Below, piece by piece: positions 49,727 through 59,301 of a DNA stretch of 64,000 nt. The DNA is taken from NCBI GenBank assembly GCA_963827135.1, contig CAWGZX010000004.1:69521-133520 (forward strand), read 5' to 3'. This DNA is from Methanomassiliicoccaceae archaeon (GTDB lineage: Archaea; Thermoplasmatota; Thermoplasmata; Methanomassiliicoccales; UBA472). Position 1 is the stretch's first letter. Every line of letters begins with the position of its first letter. The position numbers and the translations under genes were made by a program. A model generated the notes under the pieces. The model saw only the letters and a list, made by a program, of their open reading frames with translations. It had not been told where the DNA came from and made no database searches.

Positions 49727-50656
49727 TTATCGGCCTTGGATCTGGTCGAGCGTGCAGTCCTCAGGGAGCTTGTCATCGCGCAACCTCTTGAACGACGGCG
49801 CCCTTAGATGCAGTTGCGATGTGACCTCGAGATACTCCACCTCACATACGACTAATGGCTTAGTCCAGAAGATCGGCTGCTCTGGAGGATTTATCACGGT
49901 AGGCCGATCCACGATCATCTCATCCAGCCTCTTTTTGAGGGACTCCATGAACGCGTCGGTGAAACCTGTACCTACCTTGCCGACATAGATCATCGAACTC
50001 GCATCCACCAGTCCTAAGGCCAGCGATGAGAGGGGTCTGAGCTCCGAGGTATATCCGACGATGACGCAATCGAGCGTGCTCGTTGTCTTCACCTTTATCC
50101 AGGATGGAGAACGGCGCCCTTCTTCATAGACCGAGTCGATTCTCTTGGCCATGACCCCTTCGATGCCCCTCTTCTTCGCCAGCTCCCAGAGCTTTGCCCC
50201 GTCCTTTGACGATACGATCGTCCTCAAGGGCCTACTCTCCGTTATCATGGATTGGAGCTGCCGGCGCCGCTCCAGGAGGGGGAGCGAGGTCAGGTCCGCA
50301 CCGTCCTTCATCAGCACATCGAACGCGATATAGGTGGCTGGATGCCTCATGCTCAGGGCTTTGCGCATCGTTGGCGTGGACTGCTCGCGCTTCTGCAATA
50401 GATGGAAGTCGGGGTTGCCTTTGGAATCGAAGACCACTATCTCCCCATCCAGGACGCAGGTGCTGGCCTTGATGTCTTGGATGAAGTCGAACTCGGGGTA
50501 GCGGTCGGTTATGTTTCTGTCCCGGCGGTTCACGAAGGTCAGCCTCGAATCCTTATAACAAAGGGCTCTGGTGCCGTCGAGCTTCGGTTCATAGAGGTAG
50601 CCTGGCCTCGACAGATCCTCCGGCCTGCCCGGCCTTGAAAGCATCGGCTGCCGCAT
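49727..50656 (-). CDS. ATP-dependent DNA ligase (LigD/LigC-type ligase domain only)
   Basis: EPKLDGTR (motif I), LDGEIV, AFDVL, EGVMAK, WIKVK, YVGKVGTG, LRAPSFKRLRDDK. Confidence 0.93.
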   Translation of the reverse strand: MRQPMLSRPGRPEDLSRPGYLYEPKLDGTRALCYKDSRLTFVNRRDRNITDRYPEFDFIQDIKASTCVLDGEIVVFDSKGNPDFHLLQKREQSTPTMRKALSMRHPATYIAFDVLMKDGADLTSLPLLERRRQLQSMITESRPLRTIVSSKDGAKLWELAKKRGIEGVMAKRIDSVYEEGRRSPSWIKVKTTSTLDCVIVGYTSELRPLSSLALGLVDASSMIYVGKVGTGFTDAFMESLKKRLDEMIVDRPTVINPPEQPIFWTKPLVVCEVEYLEVTSQLHLRAPSFKRLRDDKLPEDCTLDQIQGR

Positions 50657-50657
50657 T

Positions 50658-51422
50658 CTAGCTCTCCAAGCTAGCCTTCAAGGCGTCCAGTAGGTTTGCC
50701 TCGGGGGTGGCCTTTACCTCCTGCTCCACCTGAACCAGATGCTTGGCGTCCCTGGCCTCGATCGCCTGCTTGAGCCTCTCGCGGTAGTTGTCCTTGAACT
50801 TGGTCAGGTCCAGCTTGTCCACGGTCAGTTTTTCGATGAGCTGCTGCGCCAGCTCCATCTCGTTGCGCTTAGGCGCGACCTTCTCGCCTATGCCTTCTAG
50901 GCCCTCCATCGACCTCACCTCGTCCAGGTAGTTCAAGGTGGAGAGGAGCATGCCTGGACCGTATGACCCAATGGCGGCGAGGTACTCGCGCTCCCTCATC
51001 ACGAAGCTCGCCACCGCCAGCTTCCTCTCCTTCGAGAGTACGTCGCGGAGCAGGAAGAAGGCCTTCTGGCCTCCCTTCTCCGGTCCGAGGTAGTAATGCT
51101 GGTCGATCCAGATGCGGTCCAGCCGGTCCTCAGGAACGAACTCGTGAACCTCGATGCTCTCCGACCTCTTCGGTCTCAAGCTGCTCAGCTCCTGCTTCGA
51201 GAGCACGTAGAACGTCCCCTCCCCTAGGTCCACACCCTTTACAACCTCGTTCCATGGCACTTCATGATCGTGCTGGGAGCACCACCTTCGATATTCGATC
51301 GGTGAATTGTCCTTCTCGTGCAGCAATTTGAAGTTCACCGGTCTGCGGTCTATGGCCGCGTACATCTTCACCGGTATGTTCACCAGGCCGAAAGAGAGGG
51401 AGCCGTTCCATATCGCCTTCAT
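50658..51422 (-). CDS. ku: Prokaryotic Ku (NHEJ end-binding protein)
   Basis: IWNGSLSFGLVNIPVKMY, VVKG, YYLGP, DNYRERL, NLLDALKASL. Confidence 0.95.
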   Translation of the reverse strand: MKAIWNGSLSFGLVNIPVKMYAAIDRRPVNFKLLHEKDNSPIEYRRWCSQHDHEVPWNEVVKGVDLGEGTFYVLSKQELSSLRPKRSESIEVHEFVPEDRLDRIWIDQHYYLGPEKGGQKAFFLLRDVLSKERKLAVASFVMREREYLAAIGSYGPGMLLSTLNYLDEVRSMEGLEGIGEKVAPKRNEMELAQQLIEKLTVDKLDLTKFKDNYRERLKQAIEARDAKHLVQVEQEVKATPEANLLDALKASLES

Positions 51423-51547
51423 CTTACCACCGATGGAATCAATTCTTCCAACACGGAAATAATGCTTATTGTTGGGAAGGGGGCGCTATACGATGCCTAG
51501 GCCTCGGACCGATTGTTATAAGAACATGCCATTGACATTCGCGGAGC

Positions 51548-52126
51548 ATGGCCAGGTTGCTAGGGACCGGAACCATTCTCGTTGCAGCGACCGTACAGCT
51601 GCTTTTCTTGGTCAATATCGCCGAGTTTCTCTATCCTGGCTACAGCGTGTCCCAGAACTACATAAGCGACCTCGGCGTCGGGCCTTCGCCCTCGAAGGAG
51701 ATCTTCACCTTGGGGCTGCTCATCTTCGGCCTGCTCGTGCTCCTCGCCTCTTCGAAGCTGTACGCTGATAAGGGATCTTACCTGTGGCTGTTCTTCGCCC
51801 TCTCTGGCATAGGCGCAGTGGGCGTGGCCGTCTTCAACGAGGACACGGGTTGGCCTCATGTGCTCTTTGCCCTCCTCGCCTTCCTCTTCGGCAACCTGGC
51901 TGCCGTTTATGCGTTCACCAAGACCAAGCCAATGTTCTCCTACATCTCGCTCGGCCTGGGCTTATTAGGGCTGGCAGCCATGGTGCTACTAGGCACGGGC
52001 ACATTCCTCGGCCTCGGACCAGGAGGCATGGAGCGGGTCGTGTTCTATTCGGGCATACTCTGGGCATTGGCATTCGGGGCGAGGCTGCAAGCCCTCGAGG
52101 ACGCCAAGAAAGAGACGTCCGCTTGA
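51548..52126 (+). CDS. DUF998 family membrane protein
   Basis: YPGYSVSQNYISDLG, GGMER; about 5 TM helices. Confidence 0.88.
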   Translation: MARLLGTGTILVAATVQLLFLVNIAEFLYPGYSVSQNYISDLGVGPSPSKEIFTLGLLIFGLLVLLASSKLYADKGSYLWLFFALSGIGAVGVAVFNEDTGWPHVLFALLAFLFGNLAAVYAFTKTKPMFSYISLGLGLLGLAAMVLLGTGTFLGLGPGGMERVVFYSGILWALAFGARLQALEDAKKETSA

Positions 52127-52305
52127 CCACCGGCCAGGGTCGGCTTGGCCATCATCTCGGAGTCCTCATGTTGCTCAGGCCATTAAGCCCCAGATACCTT
52201 CATCATGTCGATGGTCCCGGTCCGCATCGGTAAACGGTATTGTGGCCTGTCCATAAGTATCAGTCAGAGGGCCTCGATCGGCCGCTCCTTCTCGTCCTTA
52301 TCACC

Positions 52306-52998
52306 TCACTGTGTCTTCGGAGGTATCAGAACCAGCCTGCGGATGCCGTAGAGCATCGCGATGATGACCACTCCCAGGGTCAAAGCGATTCCAGCCATGG
52401 CCAGGAAGAAGGATAAGGGATTCCCCGTCGCCGATATGGCGGCAATGGCCCCCGATATGCTCGCCTGCATCGACACCACCACCACCGCGAATATGCCCAC
52501 GAACACCCCAAAGGTCTCTATGACCCTGACGAAATAGGTCCTAATGACCTGGTCATGGTCCGCGATGCGCTTGCGCATCTCCGCCATCTCACCCTCGAGC
52601 GCCTTCTGGCTGGCCTCGAGGTTCTGGCGCATAGTCTCCAGGTCGCCCTTGATGCGGTCATAGGTCTCGATCAGGCGGGACTCTATCTCCTTCGCGGACA
52701 CGACGCCCTTGACCTCTCTCTCCTCAAGGCCCTGCAGGCGCTCGATGCCGGTAGAGGTGATCTTCAACCTCTTGGTCTCGGTCTTGCCGAAGGGGGCTTT
52801 GATGATCGTCTCCTCGACCAAGCCGCTGTCCCTCAAGACCACGATGTCCTTGGTGATCTGGTCGACCGTAGCTTCCTTGATCACCTTCTGCACCGCGGCG
52901 ATCAGGACGATGTCGTCGACCTTGATCGGATAGAACTCCCTCAGGCTCTTGAGGATCTGTTTCTGGATCTCAGTGTCAGCGCCCTTCTCTCCCACCAT
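52306..52998 (-). CDS. Hypothetical: winged helix + coiled coil + two C-terminal TM helices
   Basis: N-terminal helix/wing ending RLKITSTGIERL, heptad region, ETFGVFVGIFAVV TM pair. Confidence 0.75.
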   Translation of the reverse strand: MVGEKGADTEIQKQILKSLREFYPIKVDDIVLIAAVQKVIKEATVDQITKDIVVLRDSGLVEETIIKAPFGKTETKRLKITSTGIERLQGLEEREVKGVVSAKEIESRLIETYDRIKGDLETMRQNLEASQKALEGEMAEMRKRIADHDQVIRTYFVRVIETFGVFVGIFAVVVVSMQASISGAIAAISATGNPLSFFLAMAGIALTLGVVIIAMLYGIRRLVLIPPKTQ

Positions 52999-53109
52999 CG
53001 GGATACCTCGCTTCCCTAGACCGATCGGCGGCCAAGTCCATTTACAGCTCGTACATTCCGATATGGCGATATAATTACTTTCGCTCAGGAGGATGGGGAA
53101 AATATCAAG

Positions 53110-53415
53110 TCAACGGCTTTCCCGAGAACGTGATGAGAGTTCGCGAAGGCTGTCCTCAACCATGTTCCAGTCCTTGCACTCCATGACCTCGTCCTCAACG
53201 CAGTACGAATTGTCCGGTGAAGGGCTCTCGAAATGAATGACCAGGATGCGGAAGCCGCCCTCTGTGAAGCCTTCGGACTTTGGGGTGGCGACGACCGAGG
53301 CGCCCACCTCGTTGGGGAAGCGGTAGATCTTGTGGATGCGCTTGCCCTCCATGCAACCGCAAGTGCATTTGGCGTTGAGGTCGATCTCATACCTGGAATA
53401 ATCCAAGATCTCCAC
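53110..53415 (-). CDS. Hypothetical protein
   Basis: 101-aa ORF with GGTGGAG RBS-like sequence; YRFPNEVGASVV motif. Confidence 0.65.
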   Translation of the reverse strand: MEILDYSRYEIDLNAKCTCGCMEGKRIHKIYRFPNEVGASVVATPKSEGFTEGGFRILVIHFESPSPDNSYCVEDEVMECKDWNMVEDSLRELSSRSRESR

Positions 53416-53523
53416 CTGGCGGTCAAGGAATGGCTAGAGCCTAAATAACCGTTCCGCGACTTGCAAGTTCGCTTAGAGCTCCTGAGGAAGAAGGATTAAA
53501 TACCAATCAAATCGGAAATATGT

Positions 53524-54387
53524 GTGGTGAGGAAATTGGGGAATGGCGTTTGTCTAGGAATAATCGGCTGCACCGTGCTCCAGGACGAGCTGATCAATGT
53601 CCTGAGGAGGGACGACGACCTCAAGCGCCTATCGATCATAGAAAGCGAGCCAGGCGCAAGGTTCATAGAGAGGGCCGAGCCCAAACTCGCCCATCTCGAC
53701 CTAGAGATCGCGAGCCTTTCCGGCCCCGAGTCCTTCCGTGAAAAGAATGGCTTCACCGTCCTGCTGGACATGAAGACCACGTCCCTTCATCGCGACCCAG
53801 ACGCCTTCCGGAAGGAGGTGATACTCACCTGCCAGAGGATGAAGCCTTACGTGGACGGCGTGCTTCTCTTCTATGGGCTTTGTCGCAACGCATTGCGCAA
53901 GATGGGCAGGGTATCGGAGGATGTCGGCATGCCAGTCACCATCCTTAGGGACGCTCTGGGTCGAGAGGTCGACGATTGCTTCGGGGCTTTGATGGGAGGA
54001 AGGGACGCCTATCTAGAGCATATGGCGGACCATCGCGGGACGATGTTCATAATCCCTGGCTATGCTGAGCTCTGGTACGGGAAGCTCGGCTCCAAGGACG
54101 TGGAGAAGGCTCTGGAGGCATATCAGAATCTGAAATTCGTCTTCGAAAGATGCGGGTACACCAAGCTCCTGAGGTTGGACACCCATCTATGCGACCAGGA
54201 GGAGTTCGAGAGGAGGGTCGAGACCTTCGCCCGCATGTTTGAAATGCAGCTTTCGTCCGAGGAGGCCGACCTCTCCGTCTTCGACAGCTCGTACTCCATG
54301 GCCAAGAGGATGGTGCAAGGCGACTATCGGGAAAGGTCTACTACGGTGGAGCCGACGTCCATCCCGACCTCCTTGCAACCGTTCTGA
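53524..54387 (+). CDS. DUF1638 domain protein
   Basis: IIGCTVLQDE, SLHRDP, LFYGLC, VDDCFGALMGG, YTKLL. Confidence 0.85.
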   Translation: MVRKLGNGVCLGIIGCTVLQDELINVLRRDDDLKRLSIIESEPGARFIERAEPKLAHLDLEIASLSGPESFREKNGFTVLLDMKTTSLHRDPDAFRKEVILTCQRMKPYVDGVLLFYGLCRNALRKMGRVSEDVGMPVTILRDALGREVDDCFGALMGGRDAYLEHMADHRGTMFIIPGYAELWYGKLGSKDVEKALEAYQNLKFVFERCGYTKLLRLDTHLCDQEEFERRVETFARMFEMQLSSEEADLSVFDSSYSMAKRMVQGDYRERSTTVEPTSIPTSLQPF

Positions 54388-55347
54388 TCAAGGCAGCGAA
54401 ACGGTACCGACTACCCTGAGCTTGCCTCCATCGAGGTAGCAGATGACCCCGCGCGCTCCTGGTGGATGTGCCAGCTCCTTCTCGAAGACCAATTCTAACC
54501 TTGGTTTGCGCCAATCGCTGCCGTTATCGACCATGACCACGCGTGCGGGTAGGAATTGCATCCAGTGACCTATATGGACCACCATACCCTCTTTCAGTGG
54601 CGAGGGCCAGTATTTGACCAGCGAGGCATCGGTGATCACACTAGCCTCGCATTTGATGTCTTCCTGGTTGCTGAGGACGAACCCGCGGTCCATCTCCTCG
54701 GCGTCGATGCCCTTCAAGGCGAGCCCTACCCTGTCTCCGACGCCTGCCGCATCAAAGTCGTCATCGTGCTTCTGGATCGAGCGCACCAAGGCGTTCTTCA
54801 GCCCGGGCAGCAAGCGGAGGTTGTCATGCTTGTGAATCGTTCCCCGGACCACGTAACCCAGGACTACGGTGCCCACCCCCTTGACGTTGAAGAAGTGATC
54901 TATGGGGACGGACCCTGTACCAGAGGTCTCATCCACGACCCCTTTCGAAGCCTCGTCCAGATAAGACTCTCTTAGAGCGACGAAATCCTCCTGCTCGAAG
55001 GAATAGCCTTCCAGCACCGTCCCCTTGATCAGTGGGGCTAGCTTTTCGGGGGCTATGAAGTTCTTCAATATGATACGTCCAAGGCGTATGCCGAGGGCGT
55101 CAAGCATGAGGACGCATTCTCCGAACTGGGCGTTCACCTCCTCGACCACCACCAAGGCGCTGTCCGCGATGGAGCAAGCGTAGAACAGGGGCGCGAGTCG
55201 ATCGGGGTACATGGTCGGCTCGATGAAGCTGACCGTGTCCTCGCCCCTCTTAACATCGTAAAGGGTGATGTCTGTAGAAGTGCCCTTCTTGGCCATGTCC
55301 TTGGCATAGCCGACAGGGCCGATGACCGCGACAGATAGGTTCGGCAT
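54388..55347 (-). CDS. SelB/EF-Tu-like protein with degenerate G domain
   Basis: IDHFFNVKGVGTVVLG, VRSIQKHD, GDRVGLALKG (domain II); no GxxxxGKT; start MPNLS (55347). Confidence 0.85.
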   Translation of the reverse strand: MPNLSVAVIGPVGYAKDMAKKGTSTDITLYDVKRGEDTVSFIEPTMYPDRLAPLFYACSIADSALVVVEEVNAQFGECVLMLDALGIRLGRIILKNFIAPEKLAPLIKGTVLEGYSFEQEDFVALRESYLDEASKGVVDETSGTGSVPIDHFFNVKGVGTVVLGYVVRGTIHKHDNLRLLPGLKNALVRSIQKHDDDFDAAGVGDRVGLALKGIDAEEMDRGFVLSNQEDIKCEASVITDASLVKYWPSPLKEGMVVHIGHWMQFLPARVVMVDNGSDWRKPRLELVFEKELAHPPGARGVICYLDGGKLRVVGTVSLP

Positions 55348-55472
55348 GCTTCCGGGAAGAAGAGATCCGCATATTACGATATCGCTTCTCAACACGGCCG
55401 GCGATGAGCCAAGCTTTTTTTCCATAAGCCCCTATGGAAGCGCGTATACGATTCAGATGGAGGGAACGGACG

Positions 55473-56981
55473 ATGTCAGCTGGCAAGGTGGCGATCATTG
55501 GCGCCGGGCTATCCGGGCTGGCCGCTGGTTGCTACGCCAGGATGAACGACTTCCAGACCACCATATTCGAGCAGCTGGGCTGGCCCGGCGGCCTCGCGAG
55601 GTCCTGGGAACGGGACGGCTTCCAACTGGACCCTGGACCGAATCTTATTTGGGCTGTAGATCCCGGGACCTCGACCCACGACGCGCTCAGAGAGCTCGGC
55701 GTGCTCCCTCGAAGGTCAGTCAAGCGCGTGAAAAGATGGGAGATCACCGACCAGGATGGTCGACGCATGGTCAATCTCATCTCCCCTCTGGATGAATTGG
55801 AGGCGGAGTTCAAGCGGATTTCCCCCGAGGACGTGGAACTGATCGAGGACGTCATCGAAGTGGCATCGAGGATCGACCCGGTGCAATTGCTCGATTCGTT
55901 CGAATCCAAGGCTCCCGACCTGGTCGGACTGACCGACTCGCTGGCGGGTCAATGGAAGGCTAGGAGGTACCAGCGCTACCTGAGAGGGCAATGGGCGCTG
56001 ACCATGTCCGAATGGGCCGCTATGATCAAGGACCCCTTCCTCAGAGGCATCCTGTCCTCGCTCTCGCCGCCAGAGTCACCTGCCTGGCTAGGGCTGACCT
56101 ACCTATCATTGGCGGCGAAGGGGCACCTGCGAAGGCTGGATCAAGGCGCGGATGGCCTGGTGCAGGACCTCGTCGAAAGGTTCCAGGGCTTGGGTGGCGA
56201 AATAAGGCTGAAGTCGCTCGTCACCGGGATATTGCTCGATGGCGACCAGGTAAGAGGATTGACCTTGGGGGATGAGAAGGAGCCGGCGAGCTCCGTCATC
56301 ACTGCGATCGACGGGTATGAGGTCATTCATGGAATGCTCGAGGGAAGGTTCGTCGACGAGGAGATTGAGCGGAGGTATCGTCAATGGAAGCCGTCAAATC
56401 CACGGGTATCGGTCTCCATCGGCGCGGCGGGGACGATCGATGATCTGATGAGCATGCAGACCATCCTCCTAGATAGGCCGCTTATCGTCGGCACCACGCC
56501 CAACCATAGACTGGTCGTACGGAGCTTCGACCATGAGGATGGATACGCGCCGCCAGGGAAAACACTCCTATCAATTACTCTGGACAGCGATTGGCAGTTC
56601 TGGTACAAGCTGCGCGCGCTCGATGCTAAGATGTATACAGACGAGAAGGCGAGGATCGGAGAGGAGGTCATCCATGACCTGCAAGGGATCTATCCAAGCA
56701 TTTCGGAGGCGGTGGAGATGGTGGAGGTGTCCACACCTTATACGACCTGGAGGTTGAGCAGGGCCAGGGAGGGTGCCCCATGCGGCTGGTCCACGACCCA
56801 TGAGGCTTTGTCGTCCTTCCCGATTAGAGCCCTGCCAGGCCTGTCAGGGCTGTATATGGCTGGCCCATGGGCTGTTCCCACCATAGGAATCGCCGGCTGC
56901 CTCTTCTCAGGCAAGCACGCTGTCCAGATGCTATGCCATGATCAGGGAAGGAGCTTCAAGGCCATCGCCCCTATGAATTGA
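55473..56981 (+). CDS. Phytoene desaturase (CrtI/CrtD)-family FAD oxidoreductase
   Basis: IIGAGLSG, PGGLARSWERDGFQLD, STPYT, GLYMAG; start MSAGK (55473). Confidence 0.85.
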   Translation: MSAGKVAIIGAGLSGLAAGCYARMNDFQTTIFEQLGWPGGLARSWERDGFQLDPGPNLIWAVDPGTSTHDALRELGVLPRRSVKRVKRWEITDQDGRRMVNLISPLDELEAEFKRISPEDVELIEDVIEVASRIDPVQLLDSFESKAPDLVGLTDSLAGQWKARRYQRYLRGQWALTMSEWAAMIKDPFLRGILSSLSPPESPAWLGLTYLSLAAKGHLRRLDQGADGLVQDLVERFQGLGGEIRLKSLVTGILLDGDQVRGLTLGDEKEPASSVITAIDGYEVIHGMLEGRFVDEEIERRYRQWKPSNPRVSVSIGAAGTIDDLMSMQTILLDRPLIVGTTPNHRLVVRSFDHEDGYAPPGKTLLSITLDSDWQFWYKLRALDAKMYTDEKARIGEEVIHDLQGIYPSISEAVEMVEVSTPYTTWRLSRAREGAPCGWSTTHEALSSFPIRALPGLSGLYMAGPWAVPTIGIAGCLFSGKHAVQMLCHDQGRSFKAIAPMN

Positions 56982-57098
56982 ATTCGCATTATCGAGTTCT
57001 CAGGATGATTTACCATGCTGGATAATATTTATATAAAAAATATTGAAAATGATGGGACATTGTAGGAGATTGATGATGCTTCTTCGATGAATGACAAT

Positions 57099-57848
57099 TT
57101 ATTTCCTTTTACGGCCACTTTGCCGCAATCCGACGCTCGCATCTCGATTGGCGAGCAAACTGCTCCTAGACTCGAGCCTTCTCTCGACCTCTTTGGAGCT
57201 AAGCTCCCTGAGCGCGTCAGAAGCGATCCATCTCGCGCTGGGCGAACCTTGAGCCTGTATGCGCCTAGCCAGGATCATACATTCTTCCCTCAACCTTAGG
57301 TTCCTCTTCCCGATCTGCCGGATGGCCCAATTTATCGCCTTCTTCACGTAATTCCGATCATCGTTGGCTCTCTGCTCCATCAAATGGAAGAATCCAAGGA
57401 ATGCCTCATCCCTGGCCTTCTTGTCATGCACGGCCAAAACGGCAATCATAACGAAGCCCGCCCGCCTCACGAATTCCTCTTCGCTGCGCGTCCAATCTGG
57501 TATCACCTCATAAGCAAGGCGCGTCCTGGAGAAGAGGTAGCTGCAGACCTGGTCGCACACGTCCCAAGAGTCGAAATCGTGCACCCAGGCCTCCATCAGT
57601 TCGCGGTCGACGCGGGACGGCTCGGCCACCAAGGCTGCGAGGATACGCGCTTCGTGCACGCCGCTCTGCCAGAGCTCGATTGCGAGGCCATGCCTCACGC
57701 CAATCCCTTTGGCCAGTTCCTTCAGGGCGGGCATGGACACTCCGAGCGTGCCCACCTTCGATATGCCGTAGCGGGTCATCCCCTCGGCCTTCTCTGGATC
57801 TCCTAGAATCTTGAGGGCCTCGAGCGTTTCCCCGCATTCCTTGGACAT
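57099..57848 (-). CDS. AlkD-like DNA alkylation repair protein
   Basis: SWDVCDQVC, FVRRAG, YVKKAINWAIRQIGKRN. Confidence 0.9.
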   Translation of the reverse strand: MSKECGETLEALKILGDPEKAEGMTRYGISKVGTLGVSMPALKELAKGIGVRHGLAIELWQSGVHEARILAALVAEPSRVDRELMEAWVHDFDSWDVCDQVCSYLFSRTRLAYEVIPDWTRSEEEFVRRAGFVMIAVLAVHDKKARDEAFLGFFHLMEQRANDDRNYVKKAINWAIRQIGKRNLRLREECMILARRIQAQGSPSARWIASDALRELSSKEVERRLESRSSLLANRDASVGLRQSGRKRK

Positions 57849-58001
57849 CGTGCTCTCCTACTTTGCCTAGTTCTTATTAAGATGTTAACTGGAGGACTTG
57901 TTTCGTCTCCTTCCAGTCGCTATCGATAATTGTTAAATATCGGTAGTTCGAATCGAATCCGATGGTGATAATAGCATCGCCGTTTAAATGGAGGAAAAAA
58001 T

Positions 58002-58664
58002 ATGAGTGAGGACGTAAGGGGGGGCATCCCTCTAATCGGAGACAAGTTCCCAGAGATGGAGGTCGTCACAACCCAGGGGCCTATGAAGCTCCCGGATGCA
58101 TTCAAAGGCAAATGGTTCGTCCTGTTCAGCCATCCGGCGGACTTCACCCCTGTATGCACGACCGAGTTCGTCGCCTTCCAGAAGCGCATGGACAGGTTCA
58201 ACAACCTGAACTGCAAGCTCATAGGCCTTTCCATCGACCAGGTCTTCTCCCACATCAAGTGGATCGAATGGATAAAGGACAATCTGAACATCGAGATCAC
58301 TTTCCCCATCATCGCGGACCACGGCGATACGGCCAAGAAGATGGGCATGATCCACCCCAACAAGGCCTCGAACACCGTCAGAGCGGTCTTCATGATCGAC
58401 GACAAGGCCACAATCCGGGCCATGATCTACTATCCGCAGGAGGTCGGCCGGTCCATCGATGAGGTGCTGAGGACGATCGATGCTCTCCAGATCTCGGACG
58501 AGAAGAAGGTCTCCCTGCCCGAGGGATGGCCAAGGAACGAGCTCATCGGCGATGAGGTCATCGTCCCCCCGCCCCGTGATGTCAAGGGCGCCATGGAGAA
58601 GAGGAAGGGGCCGAACTGCTATGACTGGTGGTTCTGCCACAAGAAGCTCGGCGGAAAGATATAG
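58002..58664 (+). CDS. Peroxiredoxin (archaeal AhpC/Prx6 type)
   Basis: [28 protein letters not shown]. Confidence 0.95.
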   Translation: MSEDVRGGIPLIGDKFPEMEVVTTQGPMKLPDAFKGKWFVLFSHPADFTPVCTTEFVAFQKRMDRFNNLNCKLIGLSIDQVFSHIKWIEWIKDNLNIEITFPIIADHGDTAKKMGMIHPNKASNTVRAVFMIDDKATIRAMIYYPQEVGRSIDEVLRTIDALQISDEKKVSLPEGWPRNELIGDEVIVPPPRDVKGAMEKRKGPNCYDWWFCHKKLGGKI

Positions 58665-58677
58665 GAAAATGGATTAT

Positions 58678-58696
58678 GGGGGGAAGACCCCCTTTT
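58678..58696. terminator. GC hairpin + T-run between convergent genes
   Basis: GGGGG(G)-AAGA-CCCCC-TTTT 14 nt after the prx stop. Confidence 0.5.
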
Positions 58697-58707
58697 ATCA
58701 ATTTTGC

Positions 58708-59301
58708 TCAGAGAGCCGATCTTAGCCCGTTCGGGGTGGAGTTGAAAGGCAGATAGATTATCCGGGCATCCTTGATCTCCAAGCTGTACTCCAAGTCCTG
58801 CAGCACCCCTGGCTTCTCCGCCTCGATGGTGATGACCACGAAGTTGGCCAGCTTGTTCGCCTCCTCCTTGGTCACGTGAGCGGGAAGGCGGGGCACGCCC
58901 CCGAAGTCCAGTCTGGTCGAGTACTTGGGCCAGCTGGCGGTGAACATGGTGGCCAGGCTCTTGAAGATGAGAGGGTCGAAGTCCGGTGCGGGCAAGAAGA
59001 TGAAAGCCTCGCCGCTGTTGCCCTGTCCTCCCTTGATCCAGTTCGACAACTTGTACATGGTTCCGCCGCTGGTGTCCATGCGCAGGATGGTGAAGTGGGC
59101 GTACAGCCTCCAGAACGGCACGTAGGTCCGGTTCTGGGGAGGGGCGCCCTTCCCGAACTCCGCGATCTCATAATCGACGACGTTTATGCCTCCGTCGCGC
59201 ACGTGCATCGTTCCGCATTGCTGGCAATGGAAGAGCAGGTCCCTCTGCTTGCTGATGATGGGCGTATTACAGTTGGGACAGCGCACCTGGATCACCTTCA
59301 T
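58708..59301 (-). CDS. Zinc-ribbon protein (last gene of SPFH operon)
   Basis: CPNC..CQQCG; YVPFW..IYLPF motifs; overlaps the upstream stop. Confidence 0.85.
   Translation of the reverse strand: MKVIQVRCPNCNTPIISKQRDLLFHCQQCGTMHVRDGGINVVDYEIAEFGKGAPPQNRTYVPFWRLYAHFTILRMDTSGGTMYKLSNWIKGGQGNSGEAFIFLPAPDFDPLIFKSLATMFTASWPKYSTRLDFGGVPRLPAHVTKEEANKLANFVVITIEAEKPGVLQDLEYSLEIKDARIIYLPFNSTPNGLRSAL

Noticed and set aside
54388-55347. Selenocysteine machinery
   Set aside because: No P-loop, no tRNA-Sec and no TGA-interrupted selenoprotein seen.
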